From IMG/VR virus record IMGVR_UViG_3300001518_000020: DNA of 64,000 nucleotides; one strand, given 5' to 3'. How positions within the stretch are numbered: position 1 is the stretch's first letter; the number at the start of each line of letters is the position of its first letter. Positions 1-9,934 of this stretch are shown piece after piece. The DNA is from an uncultured virus (IMG/VR IMGVR_UViG_3300001518_000020). Its lineage: Duplodnaviria > Heunggongvirae > Uroviricota > Caudoviricetes. The notes below the pieces were generated by a model. The model searched no databases, had not been told where the DNA came from, and saw only the letters and a list, made by a program, of their open reading frames with translations. Made by a program: the position numbers and the translations under genes.

Positions 1-32
1 ATATGAAGATTGTTGTATTTGATTTCGGTGGT
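1..32 (+). CDS. dnaK: DnaK (Hsp70) exon 1, 3' end only (gene starts upstream of the window)
   Basis: The frame starting at 3 reads MKIVVFDFGG, the first half of the Hsp70 phosphate-2 motif DxGGGTxDxS. It joins in frame to GTHDVSIL at 757. Confidence 0.93.
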
Positions 33-756
33 AAACATCATGAAAACTGCCTCCGCGCTGCTGCTTAATTAAGTAGAAGTGTAAAATTAAAAACTTGTTA
101 ATTGCGGAGAACCCCACGTCTAAATAGATGAAAAGATAGCTCTAATTACCGCACTTGGTGGTGACATACAAGGTAGCAGATAGCTTAATTACTATTAGAT
201 GGTAAAAAGATTAGAGATTGGGCAACCGAACTAAGCGCAGCGAAGTTTCTTAGTAATAAGAAAAACGTTCAACGACTAGAAAAAGTAATCCTATCAAAAG
301 GACCAAATTTCCACGAATACAAGTTAATCTAAAATGGAACTTTTGATTTATATTTAAATAAATATAATTAAATTTATGAAAAGTTCTAATAAAGAGATCT
401 TTGACATTTTGGTTAAACATATATTAAAGATATTTGATGAAAATGATAATGAAATATCTTTTAATAATTTAGAACTTAAAGAAGAAAAAAGAAAATTCTC
501 TTCTAAATGTTGTAAATTATTATATATTGATAATATTTGTATTACTTCAAAACAACGAAAATCATATAAAATATTATATAAATGCCGTTGTGGTAGAGAA
601 AATAAAATATTATTACATAAATATATTAATAAAGATAAATTATTGTTTGACCAAGATATAGATGTTTTTATTAAAAACATTTTAGACGAAAGAGATAGTC
701 TAAACAACTGAGAGATTCAGTTGAAATTAAGATAAAGAGCTTAATGAATTATATTG
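33..756 (+). ncRNA. Group I self-splicing intron (IA-like) in dnaK
   Basis: The 5' exon ends in U32 and the intron ends in G756. P1: exon CGGUGGU (26-32) pairs with GCCUCCG (49-55), with a U32-G49 wobble. P10: ACAUCAUGA (35-43) pairs with exon 2 UCAUGAUGU (762-770). P element AAUUGCGGAGAA at ~100-111. R element GUUCAACGACUA at 267-278. S element AGAGAUAGUC at 691-700. P3 92-98/319-325, P8 328-336/678-686, P9 705-723. Confidence 0.93.
376..711 (+). pseudogene. Intron-encoded ORF in the P8 loop, probable degenerate homing endonuclease remnant
   Basis: 111 aa, starts inside the P8 loop and runs through the S element. It contains YKCRCG but no complete LAGLIDADG, GIY-YIG or HNH motif is visible. 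Confidence 0.5.
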
Positions 757-2115
757 GGTACTCATGATGTATCTATTCTTGATTTTGGTTCAGGTGTATT
801 TGAAGTATTAGCAACCGGTGGAGATACTCATCTTGGTGGTGATGATATTGATAATGAGATTATTAAGTATCTTACCGATGAGTTTAAGAAGGATAAGGGA
901 ATTGATTTGACAAAGGATGCTATGGCAATGCAACGTGTTAAAGAAGCTGCTGAGAAAGCAAAAATTGAGCTTTCATCTTCATCATCAACAGAAATTAATC
1001 TTCCTTATATTACTGCTAATAATGAAGGTCCTCAACATTTGGTAATGACACTTACTCGTGCTAAATTTGAACAACTTATTGATTCAATTATTAAAAGAAC
1101 AATTGAACCATGTCGTACAACACTTGAACAAGCTAAGCTTTCAACAAGTGATATTGATGAAGTAATTCTTGTTGGTGGTTCTACTCGTATTCCTGCTGTA
1201 CAAGAGGCTGTTAAGAATTTCTTTGGTAAGGAACCATCTAAGGGAGTTAATCCAGATGAGGTTGTTGCAATTGGTGCATCTATTCAAGGAGCTATTCTTA
1301 ATAAAGAAGAAGGTGTAGGTGATATTGTACTTCTTGATGTAACACCTATTTCTATGGGTATTGAAGCACATAATCAATTTGATCCAATGGGTCGTATGGC
1401 TAAGATTATTGAAGCTCAAACAACAATACCTTGTAAGAAGAGTCAAACATTTACAACAGCAGTAGATAATCAATCAGCTGTTACAATAGTAGTTCTTCAA
1501 GGTGAACGTACATATGCTAAAGATTGTAAGACCATTGGTACATTTAATCTTGAAGGTATCGCACCAGCTAAAGCAGGTGTTCCACAAATTGAAGTATCAT
1601 TTGATATTGATGCAAATGGTGTATTGAATGTATCAGCTAAGGATAAAGGTACAGGTAAAGAGCAAAAGATTACAATTTCTAACTCTAATCTTTCTGATGC
1701 TGAAATTGAAGCCATGAAGGCAGATGCAGAAGCTCACAAGGAAGAAGATAAAAAGAGAGAAGAGCAAATGAATAAACTTAATATGTCTCAAATGTTAGTT
1801 AATTCAATTGATCAAATGCTTAATGATGAAAAAATGAAAGATAAGATTACTGAGGAAGATAGAAATAATATTGTTCCAGCTAAGGATAATCTTGAGTCAC
1901 TTCTTAAGGAATATCAAAATACAGAAAACAAGGAAGATGCAATGCTTAAAATTGAAGAAGCTCAAAAGGCTCTTGAAGAAGCATGGAATCCTGTAGTTCA
2001 GAAGATTTATGCAGAACAAGCTGCTCAAGGAGGACAACCAGGAGGTAATCCATTTGGTGCAACAGGAAGTAATCCATTTGGAGATATGTTTAATGGAGCA
2101 CAAACACAACAATAA
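757..2115 (+). CDS. dnaK: DnaK (Hsp70) exon 2
   Basis: [45 protein letters not shown] and [13 protein letters not shown] motifs. The TTG start at 754 is an artefact of the intron end. Confidence 0.97.
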   Translation, partial: GTHDVSILDFGSGVFEVLATGGDTHLGGDDIDNEIIKYLTDEFKKDKGIDLTKDAMAMQRVKEAAEKAKIELSSSSSTEINLPYITANNEGPQHLVMTLTRAKFEQLIDSIIKRTIEPCRTTLEQAKLSTSDIDEVILVGGSTRIPAVQEAVKNFFGKEPSKGVNPDEVVAIGASIQGAILNKEEGVGDIVLLDVTPISMGIEAHNQFDPMGRMAKIIEAQTTIPCKKSQTFTTAVDNQSAVTIVVLQGERTYAKDCKTIGTFNLEGIAPAKAGVPQIEVSFDIDANGVLNVSAKDKGTGKEQKITISNSNLSDAEIEAMKADAEAHKEEDKKREEQMNKLNMSQMLVNSIDQMLNDEKMKDKITEEDRNNIVPAKDNLESLLKEYQNTENKEDAMLKIEEAQKALEEAWNPVVQKIYAEQAAQGGQPGGNPFGATGSNPFGDMFNGAQTQQ

Positions 2116-2188
2116 TATAAACTCTCAATAGGATTCTCTTGTAGAGTCCTTACAATAAATAAATTCAATAAAATTGGAGGTAATTATT

Positions 2189-2632
2189 ATGAAAAATGCT
2201 TTAAGTTTTTTTAAACCAACAAATTTGATTGGTTTTAATGATGATTGGTTTGATGATTTTAAAGATCCATTCTTTGGAATTTCTAAGACTTTTACCAATT
2301 CCCCTAAAGTAAATATTAAGGAAACTGATAAAGCGTATGAAATAGAAATTGCCAACCCTGGATTTACAAAAGATGAGACAAAGATTAAGATTGAAGATGG
2401 AGTACTTTATGTATCAATGATTTCTGAATCTAAAGAAGATAAAGAAGATGATCAAAAGTATCATTTACATCAATGGTCAAAATCTACTTATCATGAGTCT
2501 TGGAATCTTCCAGAAAATGTAATTGAAGAACAAATCAATGCTACAAACAAAGATGGAGTTCTTATTATTACATTACCAAAGAAAAATGAAGAACCAAAAC
2601 AAATTAAATCTAGAACAATTGAAATTGAATAA
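2189..2632 (+). CDS. Small heat-shock protein (Hsp20/alpha-crystallin)
   Basis: PKVNIKETDKAYEIEIANPG and A..KDGVLIITLPK motifs. ATG at 2189 is preceded by GGAGG (2176-2180). Confidence 0.92.
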   Translation: MKNALSFFKPTNLIGFNDDWFDDFKDPFFGISKTFTNSPKVNIKETDKAYEIEIANPGFTKDETKIKIEDGVLYVSMISESKEDKEDDQKYHLHQWSKSTYHESWNLPENVIEEQINATNKDGVLIITLPKKNEEPKQIKSRTIEIE

Positions 2633-2647
2633 TTTATTAAATTTAAT

Positions 2648-2673
2648 AAGGAGGATAGGATCCTATCCTCCTT
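2648..2673 (+). terminator. Intrinsic terminator (perfect 26-bp palindrome)
   Basis: AAGGAGGATAGGA/TCCTATCCTCCTT followed by a T-rich run. Confidence 0.7.
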
Positions 2674-2689
2674 TTATTTAAATTATTTT

Positions 2690-3775
2690 ATGGCTAAAGA
2701 TTATTATAAAATATTAGGTGTTGATAAAAATTGTGATGAAGCTGAGTTAAAGAAAGCTTTCCGTAAAAAATCAGTAGAATGGCATCCAGATAAATGGCAA
2801 GATAAATCTGATGCAGAAAAGAAAAATGCCGAAGAACAATTTAAACTTATTGCCGAAGCATATGAATGTCTTAAAGATCCTGATAAAAGAGCTCGTTATG
2901 ATCAGTTTGGTGAAAATTGGGATCAAATGGGTCAAAGTAGTGGATTTGATGGCTTTGATGGTTTTAGTGGTTTTGAAGATATTATGAAACATATGGGAGG
3001 TGGTATGTTTAATGATTTCTTTGGAGGTGGAAGACGACAAAATAGAGGACCACAACCAGGACAAACGGTACAAACTCAATATGAAATAGGTATTAATGAA
3101 ATATTTAATGGTCTTAATACTAAATTTGAATTTGAAGTTAATGGACGTTGTACATCTTGTAATGGTACAGGTGGTGAATCTGAAATATGTAGTCATTGTC
3201 ATGGTACAGGTGTAATAACAACTACACAGCGTACAACTTTTGGAATGATGACACAACAGTCTAATTGTCCATATTGTCATGGTACTGGTAAAATCATTAA
3301 AAAGAAGTGTCCAGATTGTAATGGTACAGGTATTAAACGAATTAAACGTAAAGTTAATTTAAATATTAAGCCATTTACACCAAATGGTCATGTAATGAAA
3401 TTTACTGGAATGGGTTATGAATCTAAAGATCCACATGGATTAAATGGTGATTTATTAATTCAAATTGTTTACAAAATCGATACTTCTAAATATGTTATTC
3501 AAGGTAATACAGTTTATGAAAAAATAAAAGTACCATATTATAATTGTATACTTGGTACAAAATTAGATGTTATATTACCAAATAATGAAAAAAATACAAT
3601 AGAAGTAAAACCATTATCACAAGAAGGAGATCAAATTGTATTAAATAACAAAGGTATAAATGGTGGAAATTATATTTATATTATTTCAGTAGATATGCCT
3701 AAACGCAGTATATCATCTAAATTGAATAATAAAGAAAAGGAATTACTTGAAAAAATAAAAGAACTTCATAAATAG
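2690..3775 (+). CDS. dnaJ: DnaJ (Hsp40) chaperone
   Basis: KDYYKILGV start, HPD motif, G/F-rich linker, four CxxCxGxG repeats. Confidence 0.97.
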   Translation: MAKDYYKILGVDKNCDEAELKKAFRKKSVEWHPDKWQDKSDAEKKNAEEQFKLIAEAYECLKDPDKRARYDQFGENWDQMGQSSGFDGFDGFSGFEDIMKHMGGGMFNDFFGGGRRQNRGPQPGQTVQTQYEIGINEIFNGLNTKFEFEVNGRCTSCNGTGGESEICSHCHGTGVITTTQRTTFGMMTQQSNCPYCHGTGKIIKKKCPDCNGTGIKRIKRKVNLNIKPFTPNGHVMKFTGMGYESKDPHGLNGDLLIQIVYKIDTSKYVIQGNTVYEKIKVPYYNCILGTKLDVILPNNEKNTIEVKPLSQEGDQIVLNNKGINGGNYIYIISVDMPKRSISSKLNNKEKELLEKIKELHK

Positions 3776-3799
3776 AGGGTTATTAAACTCTCTATTTTT
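3771..3799 (+). terminator. Intrinsic terminator after dnaJ
   Basis: AATAGAGGGTT...AACTCTCTATT stem followed by a T tract. Confidence 0.65.
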
Positions 3800-3839
3800 A
3801 TTTATTTTTATATATATAAATATATATTAATTTTTAGAT

Positions 3840-4577
3840 ATGACTATTCAAGAATTGAATGATAAATTTTCTAAATTTACAGGAATTCGTTCAGATATTG
3901 GTAAATTAATTGAAGGAGCCAGTACAAATGAAGAAAAACAAAAAGTATATGACCATTTAATGTGGCATTTAAGAAAAGGTCGTATTTTAGAACGTCCTTG
4001 GGATAAAGCATTATTTGAAGCAATTGTACCTGCACTTCAAGAAAAATTAAATATAGAATCTTCTGTAGTTGAAGAAATAGAAGAAAAAGAAGTTTATACA
4101 GCAGAAGAAGCTGCTGCTTATAATTTAACACTTGATGGTGCTTTACAATATGGTGCAATTAAGACTCCTGCAGTAGAAGTAGTTGAAGCTAAACCAGCTA
4201 TTTATTCATTCGCTTCATTTAATGTAGATACTGATGCTCCTTATGGCGTTGGTACTGTAAAAGTTATTAGTCAAGATTTACAAGAAAATGTTACAACTGT
4301 TGAAGTTTTAACTAATGAACCTGCTGGTAATACAACAGCTGAAGAAGCAGCAGAATTTGTAGGTAAGCAATACTTTGTACATGATACTGTATTAGAAGCT
4401 AATAAACATTATAATTTATACACAGGTATACAAACACCTATTTATGTAACAGTTGAATTAGTTAGTGATGCAGTAGAAGGTGTTGAAGCTCAAGATGCAG
4501 TTTCTTATACTAATGAAGAAGTAGATGCTTATAATGCCAAATTAACTGGTGCGAAAAAAGCTGGTGATGAAAAATAA
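3840..4577 (+). CDS. Hypothetical acidic protein with an internal repeat, possibly virion-associated
   Basis: 245 aa. YTAEEAAAYNLTLDGA resembles YTNEEVDAYNAKLTGA. Preceded by a TTATTTTTA motif. Confidence 0.7.
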   Translation: MTIQELNDKFSKFTGIRSDIGKLIEGASTNEEKQKVYDHLMWHLRKGRILERPWDKALFEAIVPALQEKLNIESSVVEEIEEKEVYTAEEAAAYNLTLDGALQYGAIKTPAVEVVEAKPAIYSFASFNVDTDAPYGVGTVKVISQDLQENVTTVEVLTNEPAGNTTAEEAAEFVGKQYFVHDTVLEANKHYNLYTGIQTPIYVTVELVSDAVEGVEAQDAVSYTNEEVDAYNAKLTGAKKAGDEK

Positions 4578-4599
4578 TAATAATAATTAATATAAAAAT

Positions 4600-4632
4600 A
4601 ATGGATTGGATCACATGATTCAATCCATTTTT
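4600..4632 (+). terminator. Intrinsic terminator
   Basis: AATGGATTGGATCA..TGATTCAATCCATT followed by a T tract. Confidence 0.7.
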
Positions 4633-4673
4633 GTTTATTTTTACTATATTAATAAAATAAATATTATCAAAAT

Positions 4674-4940
4674 ATGTTACCAGGATTTATAACTTTATTT
4701 CGAGATAATGATAATTTAATACACCTTTATTTTTATAAAGGTTTAACTGACGATAATACTTTTTATTATAATGATTTAGATTTATCTGCAATTGAGAAAA
4801 ATGGTTATACATATAAAATTATTACATATGATTCATTTACTAAAGAATATATATTTGATAATAAAAACATTACCGGAATGACTTGTAAGTTAATTTCATT
4901 TAATGGTAAAGAAGAAATTAAAAGATTAAAAATAAAGTGA
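4674..4940 (+). CDS. Hypothetical protein
   Basis: 88-aa ORF with a CTATATT motif upstream and a hairpin downstream. Confidence 0.6.
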   Translation: MLPGFITLFRDNDNLIHLYFYKGLTDDNTFYYNDLDLSAIEKNGYTYKIITYDSFTKEYIFDNKNITGMTCKLISFNGKEEIKRLKIK

Positions 4941-4962
4941 TAGATTCCGAAATCTATCACTT
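4935..4962. terminator. Terminator between convergent genes
   Basis: AAGTGATAGATT-CCGA-AATCTATCACTT stem-loop. Confidence 0.65.
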
Positions 4963-4986
4963 AAATTTTATTTGGAATATAAATAA

Positions 4987-7344
4987 TTATAATTCATTTA
5001 GTTGTTCTTGTGTTAATTGTGTAAATGAAATAATTATATTTTTTGCTATACTAGTTATACCCATACTAAATGATAAAGTACCTAATTTAACATAATTATA
5101 AACACTAGTAATATTTTTAGTAACTAATATAATTTTATTACCTTTATATAATACTATATCACCAATATTTAATTGTTTAGTTAATGATGATTTATCATTA
5201 TTATCTGTATAAATTTTTTGATTTAATTCAACTTCATATCCAAATCCTTCTTTATTTATTGTTAAATCTAATTGATTAATATTTTCAAAATAATCTAATA
5301 ATGAATTACCACCTACATTATCAATAATATTTGCTATATGTATAGGAGATTCATTAAATATATCTTCTATCCAACCATTAATATTATCTTCATAATATAA
5401 ATATAATTGTTTTTTATAAGCATTTGGATCTAATGAATATTCAAATTTAATTGGTTTAGAATTTGATGTATATTTTCCTGTTTCCATAATTTCATCACCA
5501 AATACATCTCTTAATGATAAATATTCTTTACGAGTTAAATCACTTCCTTTTATACCAATTATACCTTCAAATCTATTAAGACCTAAATATTTAAATTTAA
5601 GTAATGTATTAACATTAAAGTTATTAAAATTAATACCAACTAAATTGGTATTTTGAATAATACCTGCATGTAATACATCAGTATTATTTAAATTAGTATT
5701 TTCTAAAGCATTTATCCATAATTCTACAAAATTTTGTACATTTAAACCTTCACCATCAATATTTTCTAATGTTAAATTAATTAAATTACCTGTTGGAGTA
5801 TATTCAAAATGATTAATTGTGTTGTTTTTTAATACTAATGTTTTTAATGTATCAGGTAATGTAATATTATTAAATTTATTATTTGAATGTGGTATAAAAT
5901 TCTTAATATTTGAACCTTTTGCTTTAAATTCATTTAATTGTGTTAATTTACTAATAGAAAAATCTTTACGTAAATTATTACAATTAGTAATATCAATCTT
6001 TTTTAATGTTGTTAATTTATTTATACCATTAATATTTTCAACACCTGATTGTTTTTCATTATTACCAATAATAATATTTTCTAAATTTATATTTGTTTCA
6101 TTAATCCAATTAGTATTCTTTACATTATATATATCTAATTTTTTATTATAATTATTAATTAAATTAATGTTTGTGATATATTCTGTTTTATTAGATAAAT
6201 CTAATGTTTTAATATTTGAAGGATTAATAACTTTAAATATTTGATTTTCTTCTAAAATATCTTTATTAGTAATATTAAAATTATGTGTGTTATTAATTTG
6301 TATATCTGATCCACATGGCATATCATGTTCATTAATAATAACATTAAACCAACTTTCTTTTGTAGGTTCAATACTTAATAATTTATCATTAATATTTAAA
6401 TTATTAGTATTCATTGTGAATGCTATTGAATTATCAAACCAATTATCGTAATTATTACTAAAATTAAAATATGCGTACAAATTCTTTGATGCTAATGAAT
6501 ATGTATTTAATGTAAGTGTTAATACAGTATCTAAATCAGAAATATAATAAGTTTTTAAATCATTATATTTATTTTCAACACTATTTGTATTATTATCAAA
6601 GAATGTATTAATACGATTATTTAATTCATTTATATCATTAAGTTCATATGTATAGAATGTTTTAGTTTCTATATATGTTATACCTGTATCTCTGTAAGCA
6701 ATTGTACCATCTGCTAAAGTATAAGGTTCCATATATGATCTAGTATATTGTTCATCATAACTTAATGTTGTAAATTTATAATCAACAAATTGTCTACTAA
6801 AATCATATGATTTAAATCCTGTTTCAGAATATTCATCATTAACTGTTATAATTGTGTTTGCAGGATTATATGGATATTTTTTATGTGCATATGATACTTC
6901 TTTTAATTCAATATTGTTTCCATAATAATGTTTTTTATTAAATGTCATATCATTTACATTTAATAACAAATCAATTAATTGTGAAGCTGGAATAATTTTT
7001 GTATTATTAAAATCATTATTCAAATCAGTTTCATATTTATAATTAAATGTTAAAATGTTTTTATTAATATTTATATCAACAATATTATTTTTGAATTTAT
7101 TCATATATGAAATAGTAGCATTTATAATATCACCAATATTATAATAGTTTGTAGGATTTTCACTAAATGTACTATTTGATATACCATTCCAATATGAATT
7201 ATTATCTCTACTTAATGTAAGATCTCCATAATAATCACTATGTACACCATATCTTCTATTTTCTACTGATTCTCCACCTTTTACTGCATCTACACCAGTG
7301 TAAAAATTAATATTAGGTAAATTAGATACTGTTATTGTTGTCAT
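4987..7344 (-). CDS. Leucine-rich-repeat protein with a C-terminal cyclophilin-like domain, putative virion/tail protein
   Basis: LRR-like LTTLKKIDITNCNNL..LTQLNEFKAKGSNI..ITLPDTLKTLVL. The C-terminal GDIVLYKGNKIIL..YNYVKLG resembles the cyclophilin-like family. Confidence 0.6.
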   Translation of the reverse strand: MTTITVSNLPNINFYTGVDAVKGGESVENRRYGVHSDYYGDLTLSRDNNSYWNGISNSTFSENPTNYYNIGDIINATISYMNKFKNNIVDININKNILTFNYKYETDLNNDFNNTKIIPASQLIDLLLNVNDMTFNKKHYYGNNIELKEVSYAHKKYPYNPANTIITVNDEYSETGFKSYDFSRQFVDYKFTTLSYDEQYTRSYMEPYTLADGTIAYRDTGITYIETKTFYTYELNDINELNNRINTFFDNNTNSVENKYNDLKTYYISDLDTVLTLTLNTYSLASKNLYAYFNFSNNYDNWFDNSIAFTMNTNNLNINDKLLSIEPTKESWFNVIINEHDMPCGSDIQINNTHNFNITNKDILEENQIFKVINPSNIKTLDLSNKTEYITNINLINNYNKKLDIYNVKNTNWINETNINLENIIIGNNEKQSGVENINGINKLTTLKKIDITNCNNLRKDFSISKLTQLNEFKAKGSNIKNFIPHSNNKFNNITLPDTLKTLVLKNNTINHFEYTPTGNLINLTLENIDGEGLNVQNFVELWINALENTNLNNTDVLHAGIIQNTNLVGINFNNFNVNTLLKFKYLGLNRFEGIIGIKGSDLTRKEYLSLRDVFGDEIMETGKYTSNSKPIKFEYSLDPNAYKKQLYLYYEDNINGWIEDIFNESPIHIANIIDNVGGNSLLDYFENINQLDLTINKEGFGYEVELNQKIYTDNNDKSSLTKQLNIGDIVLYKGNKIILVTKNITSVYNYVKLGTLSFSMGITSIAKNIIISFTQLTQEQLNEL

Positions 7345-7366
7345 ATATTATTATTTATTATTTTAT

Positions 7367-9916
7367 TTATATTACGGTAATATCACATTTATCAGATATG
7401 TTAGTATCAAGTGTTCTTACAAATATTGATGTTTCTCCACTAGATACTGCTGTAATGTTACCATTTGAATCAATAGTTGCAATATCAGGATCTAATGAAG
7501 TGAATTCTACATTTTGTAATGACGTATTATCAGGAGTTACTGTTGCTATTAATGTATATGATTGATCGACATTCAATGTCAAATTATAATCAGATAACAA
7601 TAATTGAGAAGATGGAACAGTAACAATAACATCAGCACTAGCAATTATACCACTATTATCAGTTGCTGATGCATATACTTTAATCTTACCTTCTTTATGA
7701 GCAGTTATTTCACCATTATTATTAATAGATGCAATTTCACTATTTGATGTATACCAAGCTAATTGAGTTACATTTGCTCTATCTGGGAAGATTTGATAAT
7801 TTCCACCATTAATAGTTTCTCCTTTTCTAAATGCATAAGTACTACCAACATGTAAATTAATTGTCTTTTCATTAAATACAATATCTGTAATTAATACTAC
7901 ACATGTAATATCACAAGTTGCATATACACCTGAACCATCTTCAGCAGTAGCAGTAATAACTACATCACCACCACCAATACTTCTAACTAAACCTGTATCT
8001 GATACTGTGGCAATATTTGTATTGCTTGATGTCCATATAATATTTTTATTATCTGCATTCTCTGTTACCGATGCATTTAATTGTAATGTATCACCTAAAT
8101 CAATAGTAGCATTTGTCTTATCTAATGTAATATGACGTATAGGCATTTTACCAATGATATTAAGATATTTTACAACATTTGATCCATCACTTGGATAAAT
8201 TGTTATAGTACCATTAGTTTTAGTTGACATATAAATTTGACCATCGATACCATTGTCAGCAACACCTGCATTAATATTATCATTATCTGATTCCCAAACA
8301 AGTGATTTATTTGAAGCATTTTCAGGTAATAATGTTACAGGTATTTGTGTAGGTATACCAACCAATATATCTGTTGTATATGTTGTTTCGTGTGTTTCTG
8401 GATTAGTTTCTCCTTCAATCATATTAAATATAATATCGCTAATTGCTGTATCAACTATAACATCAATTCGACTAATTTTACCAGAACCATCAGCTGCTTC
8501 TGCTAATATTGTTGCAGTATCACCAGCTTTTAATAATGTAATTGTACCATTTTGATCTACTGTTGCTACATCAGGTTTATTAGATGACCATATAATTGTT
8601 TTATTAGAAGCAGATTTAGGTAATACAGTATAATTAATTGTTGTAGTATAACCTTCAAATGCTTTAATAGATGATGTATTAAATTGTATACTATCAACAT
8701 ATGTTATAACATTAACATAAATGTTAGCATAAATTTCTGGATTTTCTTGAGAATAAATTTTAATAATAGTTTCACAGTTATTTTCAAGAGCCATGATACG
8801 ACCATCTTCAAATACCTTTATCTTAGTTTCATCATATTCAATACAAATAGGAGAATTAAGATAATTAGTAGGTTGAATATTAATACCTTTTGTATATATA
8901 CTATTAATAGGAATTGTAATATGATCATTTCCATCAATAGATATAGATGTAATAGGTCTATGAAGTATTACGATTTCTTCTTCTTTTTGATCTTTAGATA
9001 TATCTGCAGGATCATCATCACCTTCTAAATTAGATATTAATATTGATTTTTGATCTTCATAAGTTGATGTAAATTCTAAATCAATCCAAATAGGTTTAAT
9101 AATTGGTGTATATTGATATTCAGAATTTACAACTTCACCAGTAATTGGGTCTGTTTCTGTAATTACAAGTTTACGAGTATAATAAGTTTTTTCATTATCA
9201 GGATTTAAATATAAATCATTCCAGATATCGAAATTAAGAACTTCTTGATATGTATCATTATCAAGTTTAATATAATAAGTTTCACCTCCTTCATCTTCAT
9301 ATGTCCAATATTTAACATATGTCTTATAAGATTTAGTATCTTGATGAACTAATGCTACAGCTTGATTATTATTGGTTGTAACAAATTCTAAATCAATAAA
9401 AACTTGATGAATATCGTTTGGACGACCATTTTCATCAAATTCATCATTAAACATTAATTGATATTCTTCATCACTTATAATCTTTTCAGCTATAGAACGT
9501 AAAAAGTCTTCCATTAACTTACCACGATATGCACTCCATACCGCAGTTGGATCATTAGTTTCATCATCATTAACAATTACAAGAGCATCATCTGCTCTAT
9601 TTAACATTGTTTGTTTATCAAATGAATTACCTTTGTAACCTTTTTCACCTATTTCACCTTTATTACCTTTATCACCATCTTCACCATTATATACTGTGAA
9701 ATATTGTGATTTATTTGTATCAAAATCTAACTTTATAACATTTTTACGATTACCTTCGTTAGCTTCAATTTCTTCAGAATGAATAATTTGATCACCTTTA
9801 ATTTGGCCTAATTCGACATAGTAATTTTTCTTGTTATGAGCTAAAATTGTTTTACCACTTTGAAGTAATTTATTTAATAAAGGAAAATCTGATAATCTAA
9901 TTATTTTTTGTATCAT
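7367..9916 (-). CDS. Ig-like (Big_2) repeat protein with a short collagen-like segment, putative tail fibre or decoration protein
   Basis: Repeated P.NA.NK.I.WxSS..IATV..G.I units. GEDGDKGNKGEIGEKGYKG forms a G-X-Y run. Confidence 0.85.
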   Translation of the reverse strand: MIQKIIRLSDFPLLNKLLQSGKTILAHNKKNYYVELGQIKGDQIIHSEEIEANEGNRKNVIKLDFDTNKSQYFTVYNGEDGDKGNKGEIGEKGYKGNSFDKQTMLNRADDALVIVNDDETNDPTAVWSAYRGKLMEDFLRSIAEKIISDEEYQLMFNDEFDENGRPNDIHQVFIDLEFVTTNNNQAVALVHQDTKSYKTYVKYWTYEDEGGETYYIKLDNDTYQEVLNFDIWNDLYLNPDNEKTYYTRKLVITETDPITGEVVNSEYQYTPIIKPIWIDLEFTSTYEDQKSILISNLEGDDDPADISKDQKEEEIVILHRPITSISIDGNDHITIPINSIYTKGINIQPTNYLNSPICIEYDETKIKVFEDGRIMALENNCETIIKIYSQENPEIYANIYVNVITYVDSIQFNTSSIKAFEGYTTTINYTVLPKSASNKTIIWSSNKPDVATVDQNGTITLLKAGDTATILAEAADGSGKISRIDVIVDTAISDIIFNMIEGETNPETHETTYTTDILVGIPTQIPVTLLPENASNKSLVWESDNDNINAGVADNGIDGQIYMSTKTNGTITIYPSDGSNVVKYLNIIGKMPIRHITLDKTNATIDLGDTLQLNASVTENADNKNIIWTSSNTNIATVSDTGLVRSIGGGDVVITATAEDGSGVYATCDITCVVLITDIVFNEKTINLHVGSTYAFRKGETINGGNYQIFPDRANVTQLAWYTSNSEIASINNNGEITAHKEGKIKVYASATDNSGIIASADVIVTVPSSQLLLSDYNLTLNVDQSYTLIATVTPDNTSLQNVEFTSLDPDIATIDSNGNITAVSSGETSIFVRTLDTNISDKCDITVI

Positions 9917-9934
9917 TATTTCATTTTAATAAAT

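Noticed and set aside
754..756. TTG start for a truncated 453-aa DnaK
   Set aside because: These bases are the last three nucleotides of the intron. The real frame continues from exon 1.
354..3280. Antisense ORFs (354..707, 1141..1473, 1497..1715, 1897..2112, 2125..2355, 2771..3280) and similar shadow ORFs elsewhere in the window
   Set aside because: They overlap well-supported genes on the opposite strand or in another frame and have no recognisable motifs.
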